A stretch of 64,000 nucleotides of DNA, taken from a virus. Its lineage: Duplodnaviria; Caudoviricetes. The stretch is from the IMG/VR virus record IMGVR_UViG_3300025413_001239; one strand, given 5' to 3'. Position numbers and translations under genes: made by a program. How positions within the stretch are numbered: the stretch's first letter is position 1; the number at the start of each line of letters is the position of its first letter. Shown in pieces: positions 9,443-18,769 of this stretch. The notes below the pieces were generated by a model. The model saw nothing but the letters and a program-made list of their open reading frames with translations, did no database searches and was not told the origin of the DNA.

Positions 9443-9981
9443 TAGAGTTTATTGGTGCTTTATTCACGCTTTTATCAGCATATTATACTGTAAAAGAAAA
9501 GGTCATTTGTTGGCCGTTAGCGATAGCATCAACGATTATCTACATATATTTACTATATATTGAGAAATTGTATGGTCAGGTATTTGTCGATATATTAACG
9601 TTATTTCAATGCGCTTACGGTTGGTATTATTGGGATAAAACTGATAATAAGCAGCCTGAAAGACTTAAACCCATTAAGTTTGTTAGAGATATATTTCTTT
9701 TAGTTCTAATATCTAGTATTACAATATACTACATAAGAACATATACTAATAATCCACAACCAGTATCGGATATTACGTCAACATACTTAGCACTTTTAGC
9801 TAATTGGTATTTAGCTAAGAAGTTTATTGATGGGTTTTATGTTTGGGTTATAGCCGATATAATACTAGCGTATATGTTTTATTATCAACATATGTATTGG
9901 TCAATGGGTTTATTTATTATTTTAATAGGGTTCGCCCTTCAAGGTCAATTCGCATGGCAAAAGAGTTTAAAAACGGACTAG
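9439..9981 (+). CDS. pnuC: PnuC-family nicotinamide riboside/vitamin transporter
   Basis: TM pattern; WPLAI, LYGQ, YGWYYW, W-x-LAKKFIDGFYVWVIAD motifs. Confidence 0.9.
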   Translation: MIEFIGALFTLLSAYYTVKEKVICWPLAIASTIIYIYLLYIEKLYGQVFVDILTLFQCAYGWYYWDKTDNKQPERLKPIKFVRDIFLLVLISSITIYYIRTYTNNPQPVSDITSTYLALLANWYLAKKFIDGFYVWVIADIILAYMFYYQHMYWSMGLFIILIGFALQGQFAWQKSLKTD

Positions 9982-10955
9982 TACTTGGGAAATGTTTTCC
10001 ATTTCACTTAGGACATAAATATCTTATTGATTCAGCAATTAAGCAATGTGATACGGTTCACGTTATGGTTTGTTCACTTAAACGTGAAAATATAGCTGGT
10101 GAATTACGTTATGAATGGGTTAAAGAAACATATATGAATAACCCTAGTGTGAATGTTATTCATTGTGATGATGAAAATCCTCAACATCCACCAGAATGTG
10201 CTAGTGTTGATGAATTTTATAATAAGTATTGGGTACCGACTGTATACAAGCATGTTAAGGAACTGGATGTTGTATTTACTTCTGAGGATTACGGTGATGA
10301 ATTTGCCAGTTACTTAGGTGTTAAGCATGTGCTTGTTGATAAAGCTAGAACAGCTTATCCTGTATCTGGAACTTCGGTTAGAGAGAATCCTTATGCAAAT
10401 TGGGATTTAATACCTGATAATGTTAAAAAATACTTTATTAAAAAGATTGTTATTTTAGGTCCTGAATCTGTTGGTAAATCAACGATGGTTAAAAAGTTGG
10501 CTGAGCATTTGGGTTGTAAGTATATCGATGAGTTCGGTAGGACTTATACTGAATTAACTGGAACTGATAATCTTCAAATATTTGATTTTGAAGCGATAGC
10601 TCATTGGCATAATCATCATATTGAAAAGGCTGAAATTGATAAGTACTTAATAATTGATACAGAAGCGATTACAACTAAGATATTTGCTGAAATGTACTTA
10701 GGTAAACGTGAAAGTGAATCTAAATTCATAGATGAAATCATAAGTGAGCAACATTTCGATTTATACTTAGTGCTAAACGTTGATGTTCCTTGGGTTGATG
10801 ATGGTACAAGAGACTTTCCAGAGGGTCGTGAAGAGCATCTAAACACTATTATCTCTAATTTAGAGGAAAGAGGTTTAGAATACAAGCTTATTAGCGGTGA
10901 TAATTACGATGAAAGATTTGAAAAAGCCTTAGAAGAAGTTAAAAAGTTGGGATGA
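9954..10955 (+). CDS. nadR: NadR-like NMN adenylyltransferase / ribosylnicotinamide kinase (no HTH)
   Basis: GKCFPFHLGH nucleotidyltransferase motif, VSGTSVR, P-loop GPESVGKST, PWVDDGTR; likely start 9954. Confidence 0.9.
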   Translation: MAKEFKNGLVLGKCFPFHLGHKYLIDSAIKQCDTVHVMVCSLKRENIAGELRYEWVKETYMNNPSVNVIHCDDENPQHPPECASVDEFYNKYWVPTVYKHVKELDVVFTSEDYGDEFASYLGVKHVLVDKARTAYPVSGTSVRENPYANWDLIPDNVKKYFIKKIVILGPESVGKSTMVKKLAEHLGCKYIDEFGRTYTELTGTDNLQIFDFEAIAHWHNHHIEKAEIDKYLIIDTEAITTKIFAEMYLGKRESESKFIDEIISEQHFDLYLVLNVDVPWVDDGTRDFPEGREEHLNTIISNLEERGLEYKLISGDNYDERFEKALEEVKKLG

Positions 10956-10958
10956 CAT

Positions 10959-12194
10959 TTAAATAACAATTAAATCGTTATTTATTTGATTACGGACATT
11001 ATTGTTCATAATCACACTAGTGTAATCCAGTGGCTTTGTCATTGAAGCAAGGTGATTGTCGTAATATCTTTTCATTATGTTGATAGCTGAGTTTAAATCT
11101 CTATCTATTTCGACATTATCACTTAGTTTAACAGTTCTATCCTTTAACTCAACTTTATCTTTAAATAGCTTACCAGTAAGACTATTCAATTGAGTGGTGT
11201 ATTTTTCATCAATCTTAATTAAATCACATTGTTTATTTTGTGACTTATACTTAAGAAATTCTAAGAACATATTAATATTAGATTCATTAAATGATTTTCT
11301 AATACCCTTTTTATTCTTATTTACTCCTTCTGTTGACATAAGGGTTTTTACTGTTAAATCGCCAACTACAATTGTTTTGTAGTTCATATTCACTAATTTT
11401 TTACTCTGAATATGTAGAGTTTGTTTAATTTGACTATTCTTCTTATTATATAGTTTTCTTTTAACTTTATTTAATTTATTAAAGGATTTACTATTCTTTT
11501 GTTTTTTGCTTAACTTAGACTTAATCTTATTAATCTGTTTACCGAAGTACTGATTAATCCTCTTTGATTTATTTTTAAGAATAACAACGGTACCATTGTT
11601 ATCCACACCAGTACCTAAATTCTTTAGACCTAAATCAATAGCGAGTACTCTTGATTTAATTATTAAATCATCTGAGTAGTTTATTTTATCATCGACAACA
11701 ATATCACAAAGCCACTTATTATTAATAAATTTGACTCTAATTTCTTTAATATTTAATTCAGATAAGTTTGTTAAATGACTTGAATATTTAAAATTAATTT
11801 TATTTATTGAAATTATACTATTTTCTTTGAATATCCAACCATTTAGGTTAAAAACTAATGTATGATACTTTCCGAGTTCTTTTGTCTTTGGTGGTCTAGC
11901 TGTATTATCTTTTTTAATAAGTGTGAAGAAAGATTGGTATGATTGAAATATTTCAGCTGCCACAACTTGTGCTGCTTTTGCATTAAATTGTTTCCAAGAT
12001 TCCTTGGTTGAATATTTCAATGGTGGAATGAGGTTAATTAAATCAAACTTTGAGTATACCTTTTTAGTTGATTCATAGTGTTTTTGCTGAATATCAATAA
12101 GAGTGTTCCAAATATCCATACGAATATCAGACAACTGTTTTAGTTGAGATACCTGTTCTGTTGTTGGGTGTAACCTTATTGAGTATGTTTTCAT
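10959..12194 (-). CDS. tnpB: Solo TnpB-family RNA-guided nuclease with rearranged RuvC-II and no Zn finger
   Basis: YSIRLHPTTEQ N-terminus, AIDLGLK, VVGDL (G at canonical E), IDEKYTTQ, DRDLNSAINI. Confidence 0.85.
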   Translation of the reverse strand: MKTYSIRLHPTTEQVSQLKQLSDIRMDIWNTLIDIQQKHYESTKKVYSKFDLINLIPPLKYSTKESWKQFNAKAAQVVAAEIFQSYQSFFTLIKKDNTARPPKTKELGKYHTLVFNLNGWIFKENSIISINKINFKYSSHLTNLSELNIKEIRVKFINNKWLCDIVVDDKINYSDDLIIKSRVLAIDLGLKNLGTGVDNNGTVVILKNKSKRINQYFGKQINKIKSKLSKKQKNSKSFNKLNKVKRKLYNKKNSQIKQTLHIQSKKLVNMNYKTIVVGDLTVKTLMSTEGVNKNKKGIRKSFNESNINMFLEFLKYKSQNKQCDLIKIDEKYTTQLNSLTGKLFKDKVELKDRTVKLSDNVEIDRDLNSAINIMKRYYDNHLASMTKPLDYTSVIMNNNVRNQINNDLIVI

Positions 12195-12308
12195 TTAATA
12201 TATAATTAACTTTATTCTCTGTTATATATTATAAATATCAGGTAAAAATAAAAAAGACAATAAATTTCGAAAAAAGTTGGGATATTTATAATAAATATCT
12301 TAACAAAT

Positions 12309-13169
12309 ATGATTTCAAATATAAGAAAAATTTTAAGGGAAAACGTTGATAAAACGATAACTTGTCAGAAGTGTGGTTGGCATTGGAAAGAGTCTGAATC
12401 TTCAAAAGAAGAGATGTATAAGTGCCATAAGTGTGGCCATGATAATAAACTACCAAGACCATTTGTTGACCCAAACCAATTATCATTATTTGAATCGTTA
12501 AGGTCTAAAGTACTTAACAAAAAGCCTCTAAATGAAAAACTCTTATTAAAGAGTTGGGATGAATATGCTAAACTAGTAACCAAAGCATACGCTGAGGCAC
12601 CAGAATACGAATCAGATGCTGTAAGGCATTGGAACGCTCTTAATCAATCCAATTATACACTATTTAAAAGGCTTTTAAGTAAAATCAATGTACTTTTTGT
12701 TACGGTAGATAAATCTAAAGTTGGTGGTGTGAATATTCTTGGTAGAAACTATAAGATAATATATCAAGCTGGCGAACCATACGCAACTCAAAGTGAAATG
12801 AAAGCTGATTTACAAAAAACAGGGACACTTAAAATTAATATAGATTATTCTGACCATCCTATTTTTTCTGTTGAAGATAATATAGTATTTAGAACAGTAC
12901 ATGATTATATTGTTCATATCTTAGGTAATAAACAATTTGGTGCACAAGGTGAAATAGCTTCATATAATTTACACGCTAAATTAGTACCTAGAGAAGCTAT
13001 ACCAGCCATATTTACAGAGGTTGTTGGTCAAGCATGTACTAGGGTTGTAACTGGTAGTTTCCCAGTACAAAAAATTGCAATTCTTAAAGGTTTCGATTAT
13101 CTAAATATTGGTAAAGTTGAAGACTATGAAATAAAAAATAAAGAATTAGATTTGACTAATCCAAAATAA
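12309..13169 (+). CDS. Hypothetical phage protein with N-terminal Zn ribbon
   Basis: CQKCG...CHKCG; FRTVHDYIVH..GEIASYNLH motif. Confidence 0.6.
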   Translation: MISNIRKILRENVDKTITCQKCGWHWKESESSKEEMYKCHKCGHDNKLPRPFVDPNQLSLFESLRSKVLNKKPLNEKLLLKSWDEYAKLVTKAYAEAPEYESDAVRHWNALNQSNYTLFKRLLSKINVLFVTVDKSKVGGVNILGRNYKIIYQAGEPYATQSEMKADLQKTGTLKINIDYSDHPIFSVEDNIVFRTVHDYIVHILGNKQFGAQGEIASYNLHAKLVPREAIPAIFTEVVGQACTRVVTGSFPVQKIAILKGFDYLNIGKVEDYEIKNKELDLTNPK

Positions 13170-13260
13170 AGTCATATATTTGCAGCATGAAACAGTTTAT
13201 AAAGGATAGAGTTGAAGATACTTTTCGTATATTTCGATATATTTATTATAAAAGAAAAAT

Positions 13261-14124
13261 ATGCGAACATTTTGGAAGACTGAAGAAGTTGAATTATTAA
13301 AAGAATTGTATGAAAATCAAGGTTTGTCGATAAGTGAATTGTATCCGATTTTTAGTTTGAGATTTAATAGAACTTTAGATAGTGTTAAAGTTAAAATGGG
13401 TAAACTTAAACTAAAACATACTAAAGAACAAATAGCTAAATTAAAATCAAGGTTGAATTCTGGTGAATTAAATGGGATGTACAATAAAACATCTGCAATG
13501 AAGGGGTTAACTAAAGAAAATTCTGAAATTGTTAGATTAAAATCAGAAAAAACGTCTAAAACTAGAATAGAAATGTATAAAAAAGGATTATTACCAGATG
13601 TATCTGGGGAAAATAATCCAATGTTCGGGGCAACTCCTTGGTCGAAAGGTAAAACAAAATTTAATGATATTAGATTATATAATATTGGGATTAAAAGTTC
13701 AATTAGTAAAAAAGAATTGTGGTTAAAGAAAACTAATGAGGAAAAAGAAATCATAATAAGAAGATTAAATGATGCTATGATTCAAGTTAGGAAACCAACT
13801 AAAATTGAATTAAAAATGGTCGATTATTTAAGTAAATTAGATATTGAATTTATTAAAAATTTTAGAATAAAGAATTTTTTAGTTGATTTTTATTTACCTA
13901 ATAATAATTTAGTTATTGAATGTGACGGTGATTATTGGCATGCAAATCCATTAATTTATGAAGGAAAAGAGTTAGATAAGATTCAACTAAAAAATCGTAA
14001 CAGAGATAGAAAAAAGGAAGAAATGTTAATAAAATCCAACATTAATCTTGTTCGTTTTTGGGAATTTGATATTAAAAATCATTTTGAAAGTGTTGAACAG
14101 AAATTATTAACAATGTTAAAATAA
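13261..14124 (+). CDS. Homing endonuclease, NUMOD3-like repeats plus Vsr/DUF559-type nuclease
   Basis: GELNGMY, GENNPMFG repeats; VDFYLP..VIECDGDYWH..RFWE. Confidence 0.8.
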   Translation: MRTFWKTEEVELLKELYENQGLSISELYPIFSLRFNRTLDSVKVKMGKLKLKHTKEQIAKLKSRLNSGELNGMYNKTSAMKGLTKENSEIVRLKSEKTSKTRIEMYKKGLLPDVSGENNPMFGATPWSKGKTKFNDIRLYNIGIKSSISKKELWLKKTNEEKEIIIRRLNDAMIQVRKPTKIELKMVDYLSKLDIEFIKNFRIKNFLVDFYLPNNNLVIECDGDYWHANPLIYEGKELDKIQLKNRNRDRKKEEMLIKSNINLVRFWEFDIKNHFESVEQKLLTMLK

Positions 14125-14128
14125 ATAT

Positions 14129-15271
14129 ATGATAGATAAAATTGGTATTAGATATACGTTTAAGATTTCGGTACCACTAGATGTTTTAAAGATAAAAGAA
14201 GTTTTTACTAAGAATGGTCATCAACTATTTCTAGTTGGTGGTTGTATTCGTGATACCATATTAAATGTAACACCTAAAGATTTTGATTTAGTTACAAATG
14301 TTTCGCCAGAAGAGGTTATTAGAATTTTAAAGCATGAAAAGTTTGTTACAACAATATTAGAAACTGGAAAATCATTTGGTGTTATTAATGTTATAACTAG
14401 CGATAATGAATTTGAAATTGCTACGATGCGCAATGATGTGTTTAGTGATACACCAAATGGGAGGCATCCAGACCGTGTTATCTTTGGTGATATTTTTACT
14501 GATTGTATGCGAAGGGATTATACCATGAATGCGCTTTTTTATGACTTAGATACTAATGAAATAATTGACTTCGTTAATGGTGTTAATGATATTGAAAAAT
14601 CTTTAATTAAGGCGGTTGGGAATCCAGAAGAAAGATTTAAAGAAGATAAATTACGCAAACTTAGGGGCGTTAGGCTGGCGGCCAGATTTGGCTCTGAATT
14701 GGACCCTGAGATTGATGCCGCATTAAAAAGAGATGCCAGTCTGGAAGGTATATCTGGTGAAAGAATCAGAGATGAGTTTATAAAGGGTATCAAATCAGCT
14801 AAGTCAGTTGTTAAATTCTTGGAAATGCTTGATAGGTATCATTTATTTAATTGGATATTTAAGGGCTTACATGTAAATAAAGACTTTATTGAGGATAGAA
14901 ATGTTGTAGTTCTTATTGCTATTTTATTAAAGGGTAACAACATAGGTGTTATAGCTAAGCAATTGAACAATCTTAAGTATTCTGTTGATGAGATTAAATC
15001 AATCACATTCTTATTGAGTTTATTGCATTTAACACCTGAGACAGCAGTTGCTTTAAAGAGACAACAAAAGAACGCTTACACATCAAATCATCAAATAATT
15101 GATTTTGCTAACCGTGAAGGTTTAAATACAAGATTGATACATGCGTTTTTAAATTTTGAGTTGACCGTTACTGGCGAAGAAGTTATGCAAAAGTTCAATT
15201 TGAAGCAAGGCAAAGAGTTAGGTGATATGATAAATAAATTGGAATTGGATAATTTTAAAAAAAGTTTGTAA
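14129..15271 (+). CDS. cca: CCA-adding tRNA nucleotidyltransferase / poly(A) polymerase family
   Basis: LVGGCIRD, KDFDLVT, RRDYTMNAL, EDKLRKLRGVR, ERIRDE; tRNA genes in the window lack encoded CCA. Confidence 0.9.
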   Translation: MIDKIGIRYTFKISVPLDVLKIKEVFTKNGHQLFLVGGCIRDTILNVTPKDFDLVTNVSPEEVIRILKHEKFVTTILETGKSFGVINVITSDNEFEIATMRNDVFSDTPNGRHPDRVIFGDIFTDCMRRDYTMNALFYDLDTNEIIDFVNGVNDIEKSLIKAVGNPEERFKEDKLRKLRGVRLAARFGSELDPEIDAALKRDASLEGISGERIRDEFIKGIKSAKSVVKFLEMLDRYHLFNWIFKGLHVNKDFIEDRNVVVLIAILLKGNNIGVIAKQLNNLKYSVDEIKSITFLLSLLHLTPETAVALKRQQKNAYTSNHQIIDFANREGLNTRLIHAFLNFELTVTGEEVMQKFNLKQGKELGDMINKLELDNFKKSL

Positions 15272-15345
15272 AAAAGTTGTTTATTCAAAATAAGTTCGTA
15301 TATTTGCATTATAATTATAATTTTTAAATTTAAAAAGGTAAAAAG

Positions 15346-15570
15346 ATGAAGACAATCACGTTAGAACCGAGTACTAACACTCACACAATGACAGATGTTT
15401 TGGAATCAACAGCAATTGATACAAGCATCCTTAAGTTAAAAACAAACAAAAAGAGCAAGGTGGTTCACGGCGAACACGGCACTTTGGGTATCGAAAGCGA
15501 ACACGTAATCAAATACGTTCAGCAAGAACTTAACCCGATTACCAAGAAGTTGCAAAACGCTTGGGACTAA
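15346..15570 (+). CDS. Conserved small phage protein (paralog of 58956)
   Basis: HGEH..QQELNP..WD pattern. Confidence 0.6.
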   Translation: MKTITLEPSTNTHTMTDVLESTAIDTSILKLKTNKKSKVVHGEHGTLGIESEHVIKYVQQELNPITKKLQNAWD

Positions 15571-15696
15571 AAAATTTAGAAAAGAGAAAGCCAAAAACTT
15601 TCTCTTTTTTATTTTAAAAAAAAATTTGTTCGTTTCAAAAAAAGCTGTATATTTGCATTCTAAATAATTTATTAATAATTAAAAAAAAAAAAGACA

Positions 15697-16455
15697 ATGA
15701 AATTAATTTGGAGAGAGTTTAATTTTAATTCAGTTTATTACGACACTGAAAAAAAAGAAATGGTTAGTTGTACAACAGCTGAATTTCTTAGGTACTTAAA
15801 GGGTGTTTATACCAATAAGGAGCGATTCATTAATCGTTTCATTGATAGGCACAAAGCAACAATGGTAGAATATGACTTGAAGGGTCATAGTGAGCCAGAT
15901 TACAATATCTGCATTGAGTTCTTTGATAAGTTGGTAGCTGATTACGATGCTGCGAAACCATTCACTTTCAAGGAATCATTCGAGTTGGAAAACAAAGAGT
16001 TTCAAGCATTGGTATTCTCTTCAATTGATATTACCGATATGATTTCTCAATTGGGTGCTAAGAGAATTAAGACTGATGGTATTGAGTTGGACCAAAATAT
16101 CTATGATGATGATGGTAACCTTCTTGGTAAAGAAAAGAGGTCTAATATCTACGAGGTTCACGAAGTTGATGGTGAGAAATTGGGCTTGGAAGAAAAGTTG
16201 TATGTTGTTAAGTGCTGGTGTACAACAACAGATAAGGAACATTGGTTGTGGATTGATGATAAATACAAAGACGACCCATTAACAGCGATTGCCTCAACGT
16301 TCATGGTGCACGAAAATGTTATCCCACATATTAAGTGCTTAAAAAGACAAGGTGATGTTCTTTTGGCTGAAATGACTAAGGAAGTTACACCTGAGGGTGA
16401 GATTGTTTCTTTGACAAAAGACCAATACTTCTCTTTGTTAGCAGCACAAGCTTAA
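15697..16455 (+). CDS. Conserved phage protein, DUF6745-like C-terminus (paralog of 60528)
   Basis: CWCTTTDKEHWLW..AIASTF..RQGD..Y..LL.AQA. Confidence 0.55.
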   Translation: MKLIWREFNFNSVYYDTEKKEMVSCTTAEFLRYLKGVYTNKERFINRFIDRHKATMVEYDLKGHSEPDYNICIEFFDKLVADYDAAKPFTFKESFELENKEFQALVFSSIDITDMISQLGAKRIKTDGIELDQNIYDDDGNLLGKEKRSNIYEVHEVDGEKLGLEEKLYVVKCWCTTTDKEHWLWIDDKYKDDPLTAIASTFMVHENVIPHIKCLKRQGDVLLAEMTKEVTPEGEIVSLTKDQYFSLLAAQA

Positions 16456-16511
16456 AGTTTATTTTTTAATTTATAAAGGAGAGGGCAACCTCTCTTTTTT
16501 ATTATAACTAT

Positions 16512-16820
16512 ATGAATCAATTAAACGAAAAAAGTCAACCACATGGCTTATGGGTTGAATATTATAAAGACGGTAAAATACGTAGTGAGCATAATTGGTT
16601 AAATAGTGACCGACATGGTGTTTGTAAGGACTATCATGAAAATGGTGTCCTGTTTATTGATGCTGTGTATAAAAATGGCAAAAGAGTTACTTGGTCTAGA
16701 TATTTCGAAAATGGTAGTCTAGAAGTCTTTGAGCTTTATGATAAAATGGGTTTATGTTATATGAAATTTTTTAATCACAGTGGTGATATAAACCAACGTT
16801 TTCATCGTTTTTTACTTTAA
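16512..16820 (+). CDS. MORN-variant/YwqK-like repeat protein
   Basis: MNQLNEKSQPHGLWVEYYKDG..HG..YHENG repeats. Confidence 0.8.
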   Translation: MNQLNEKSQPHGLWVEYYKDGKIRSEHNWLNSDRHGVCKDYHENGVLFIDAVYKNGKRVTWSRYFENGSLEVFELYDKMGLCYMKFFNHSGDINQRFHRFLL

Positions 16821-16855
16821 CATTATTTGCATATATTTATTAGAAAAATAAATAT

Positions 16856-17206
16856 ATGGCAAAATATCTTGTAATTTTTAGTGATAATCACGGTGAAGAA
16901 TTTGATGTTAATGGCTTTAGACTTATGACTGAAAAAGAAGCTGATAAGTTTGAGGATTTAGCGAATAACATTAATTTTGAATTTCATTATTACGCAAACT
17001 CAGAGTCTTTATCTTATTCAAATGGTGAAGACTTCTTATCCAGAATTGAATTTAAGCAAGTATCTAACGAAGAGTACGAAAAACTTGATAAGTTATTTGG
17101 TGGTCAATTTGGAATCTTTATTGGTGAAGAGTACTTAAATATGGTTCTTAAAGGTGAATCAGATGATAACGATGAAGAAAACGATGATTATAATGACAAT
17201 TGGTGA
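16856..17206 (+). CDS. Acidic hypothetical protein
   Basis: ORF behind ATATTTATT motif. Confidence 0.6.
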   Translation: MAKYLVIFSDNHGEEFDVNGFRLMTEKEADKFEDLANNINFEFHYYANSESLSYSNGEDFLSRIEFKQVSNEEYEKLDKLFGGQFGIFIGEEYLNMVLKGESDDNDEENDDYNDNW

Positions 17207-17275
17207 AAAACTTTAAAAAAGATTTGTCTAATTCAAAATAACCACGTATATTTGCACTTCAAATAGCTAATAAAG

Positions 17276-18568
17276 ATGAAGTGTATTAAAACAAGGAAAA
17301 TTCAGTTGTTGCCATTAGGTGATTTTAATGAAACCTACAAATACGTTAATAATTTAAGTTCAGGCTTAGCGTCACTCGGTAATGAAATGATAAGGAGACA
17401 TGTTTTATCATTTTATGAAATGGACGTACTAAAAGATTCAACTCCAGATGCTAAAACTAGAACTAATCTAATGAAGGAAAAATACGGAATGTCACTCCAA
17501 AATATGGGTTATGATGTTTCAAAAAAGTATTCAGCCACAATTCCTTCGAATATTCGCACAACATTTAATCAAAAGGTCTTTAAAAAAATAAAAGACAGTT
17601 ATTTTGGTATTTCAATAAATAAAGAATCTATACCATCATTCAGAAAAGACTCAATGGCAATTCCATTTAGTTATGATAATAATATCAGTTTGAACGAATT
17701 TGGGGTGTATGATTTTAAATTCTTTAATAATGTCAATTTTAAATTAAACTTTGGACGTGATAGGTCTAATAATAAAGTTATCATTGACAGAATTTTATCT
17801 AATGAATATAAGCCATTATCTTCACATATAAAAATTGATAAGAAAAAAATATTCTTAGATTTAACATATTCTTTTGACTCAGATGAAAATGTTAACATAT
17901 CTAAAGATAAAATTGTTGGTGTTGATTTAGGTATAAATAGACCTATGACAATTGCTAGGGAAGATGGTACTTATGCAAAACAAATAGAAATCGGTGGTAA
18001 GATTCAATACTCTAGATTATCAATTCAAAAACAAAGAAGAAGCTTACAAAGTGCTTTAAGGCATTCATCTGGTGGTCATGGTACTGGTAAAAAAATAGCT
18101 AAATTAAAATCATTAAAAGATTATGAACATAATTTCATGAAAACCACTAATGATACACTAAGTCGTGAATTAATAAAATATTGCGTTAATGAAGGTGTTG
18201 GTGTAATTAAATTAGAAAATCTAACTGGTATAACAGAAAATGCTAATAATTTTCTTAAGTCTTGGTCTTATTATCAATTACAACAAATGATTGAGTATAA
18301 AGCTGCTGAATTTGGAATTACAGTATTATATGTTAATCCTAGATATACCTCTCAAACTTGTCCAACTTGTGGCAATATTGATAAAACTCAAAGAGATTCA
18401 AAGGATAAAACAAAATTTGCTTGTTCAAATGAAATTTGTTCTGATATTAATATAAATAAAGATGCTGATATTATTGGTGCCTTTAATATCTCAAAAAGAG
18501 ATGGTGTTATCGCTTCTAAAAAAATATTACAAGAAAAAAGTGATAAAAAGTTGTTAGTTTCAGAATAA
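17276..18568 (+). CDS. Compact type V CRISPR effector (Cas12f/TnpB-like, 430 aa)
   Basis: RuvC triad GVDLG, IKLENL, KDADIIGAFNI; Zn finger CPTC..CSNEIC; KTRKIQL N-terminus; immediately upstream of anti-repeat and CRISPR array. Confidence 0.85.
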   Translation: MKCIKTRKIQLLPLGDFNETYKYVNNLSSGLASLGNEMIRRHVLSFYEMDVLKDSTPDAKTRTNLMKEKYGMSLQNMGYDVSKKYSATIPSNIRTTFNQKVFKKIKDSYFGISINKESIPSFRKDSMAIPFSYDNNISLNEFGVYDFKFFNNVNFKLNFGRDRSNNKVIIDRILSNEYKPLSSHIKIDKKKIFLDLTYSFDSDENVNISKDKIVGVDLGINRPMTIAREDGTYAKQIEIGGKIQYSRLSIQKQRRSLQSALRHSSGGHGTGKKIAKLKSLKDYEHNFMKTTNDTLSRELIKYCVNEGVGVIKLENLTGITENANNFLKSWSYYQLQQMIEYKAAEFGITVLYVNPRYTSQTCPTCGNIDKTQRDSKDKTKFACSNEICSDININKDADIIGAFNISKRDGVIASKKILQEKSDKKLLVSE

Positions 18569-18589
18569 GTTCGTATATTTGCATAAATA

Positions 18590-18751
18590 AAAAAAGTTCT
18601 TTTACATATTGAGCCTAACGGCTGGGCTGGTTGTTCAGCCTTAAGGTGAATCCACGAATAAACGTGGTGATACTCTAGAGTATTGGAGGAAACTCACTCA
18701 CCAAATACCTTTAAATATAGGGTTTATAATGTCGTTAATGGTATAAACAAT
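18590..18751 (+). ncRNA. Putative tracrRNA
   Basis: Own promoter TATATTTG 18574-18581; hairpins GGCTG-GTTGTT-CAGCC and CCACG-AATAAA-CGTGG; anti-repeat ATACCTTTAAATATAGGGT 18705-18723. Confidence 0.75.
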
Positions 18752-18769
18752 TAAGAAATGCGCTATTCA

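Noticed and set aside
17276-18568. Nuclease-dead dCas12f/TldR-type regulator
   Set aside because: All three RuvC acidic residues appear present and no adjacent sigma factor gene is seen.
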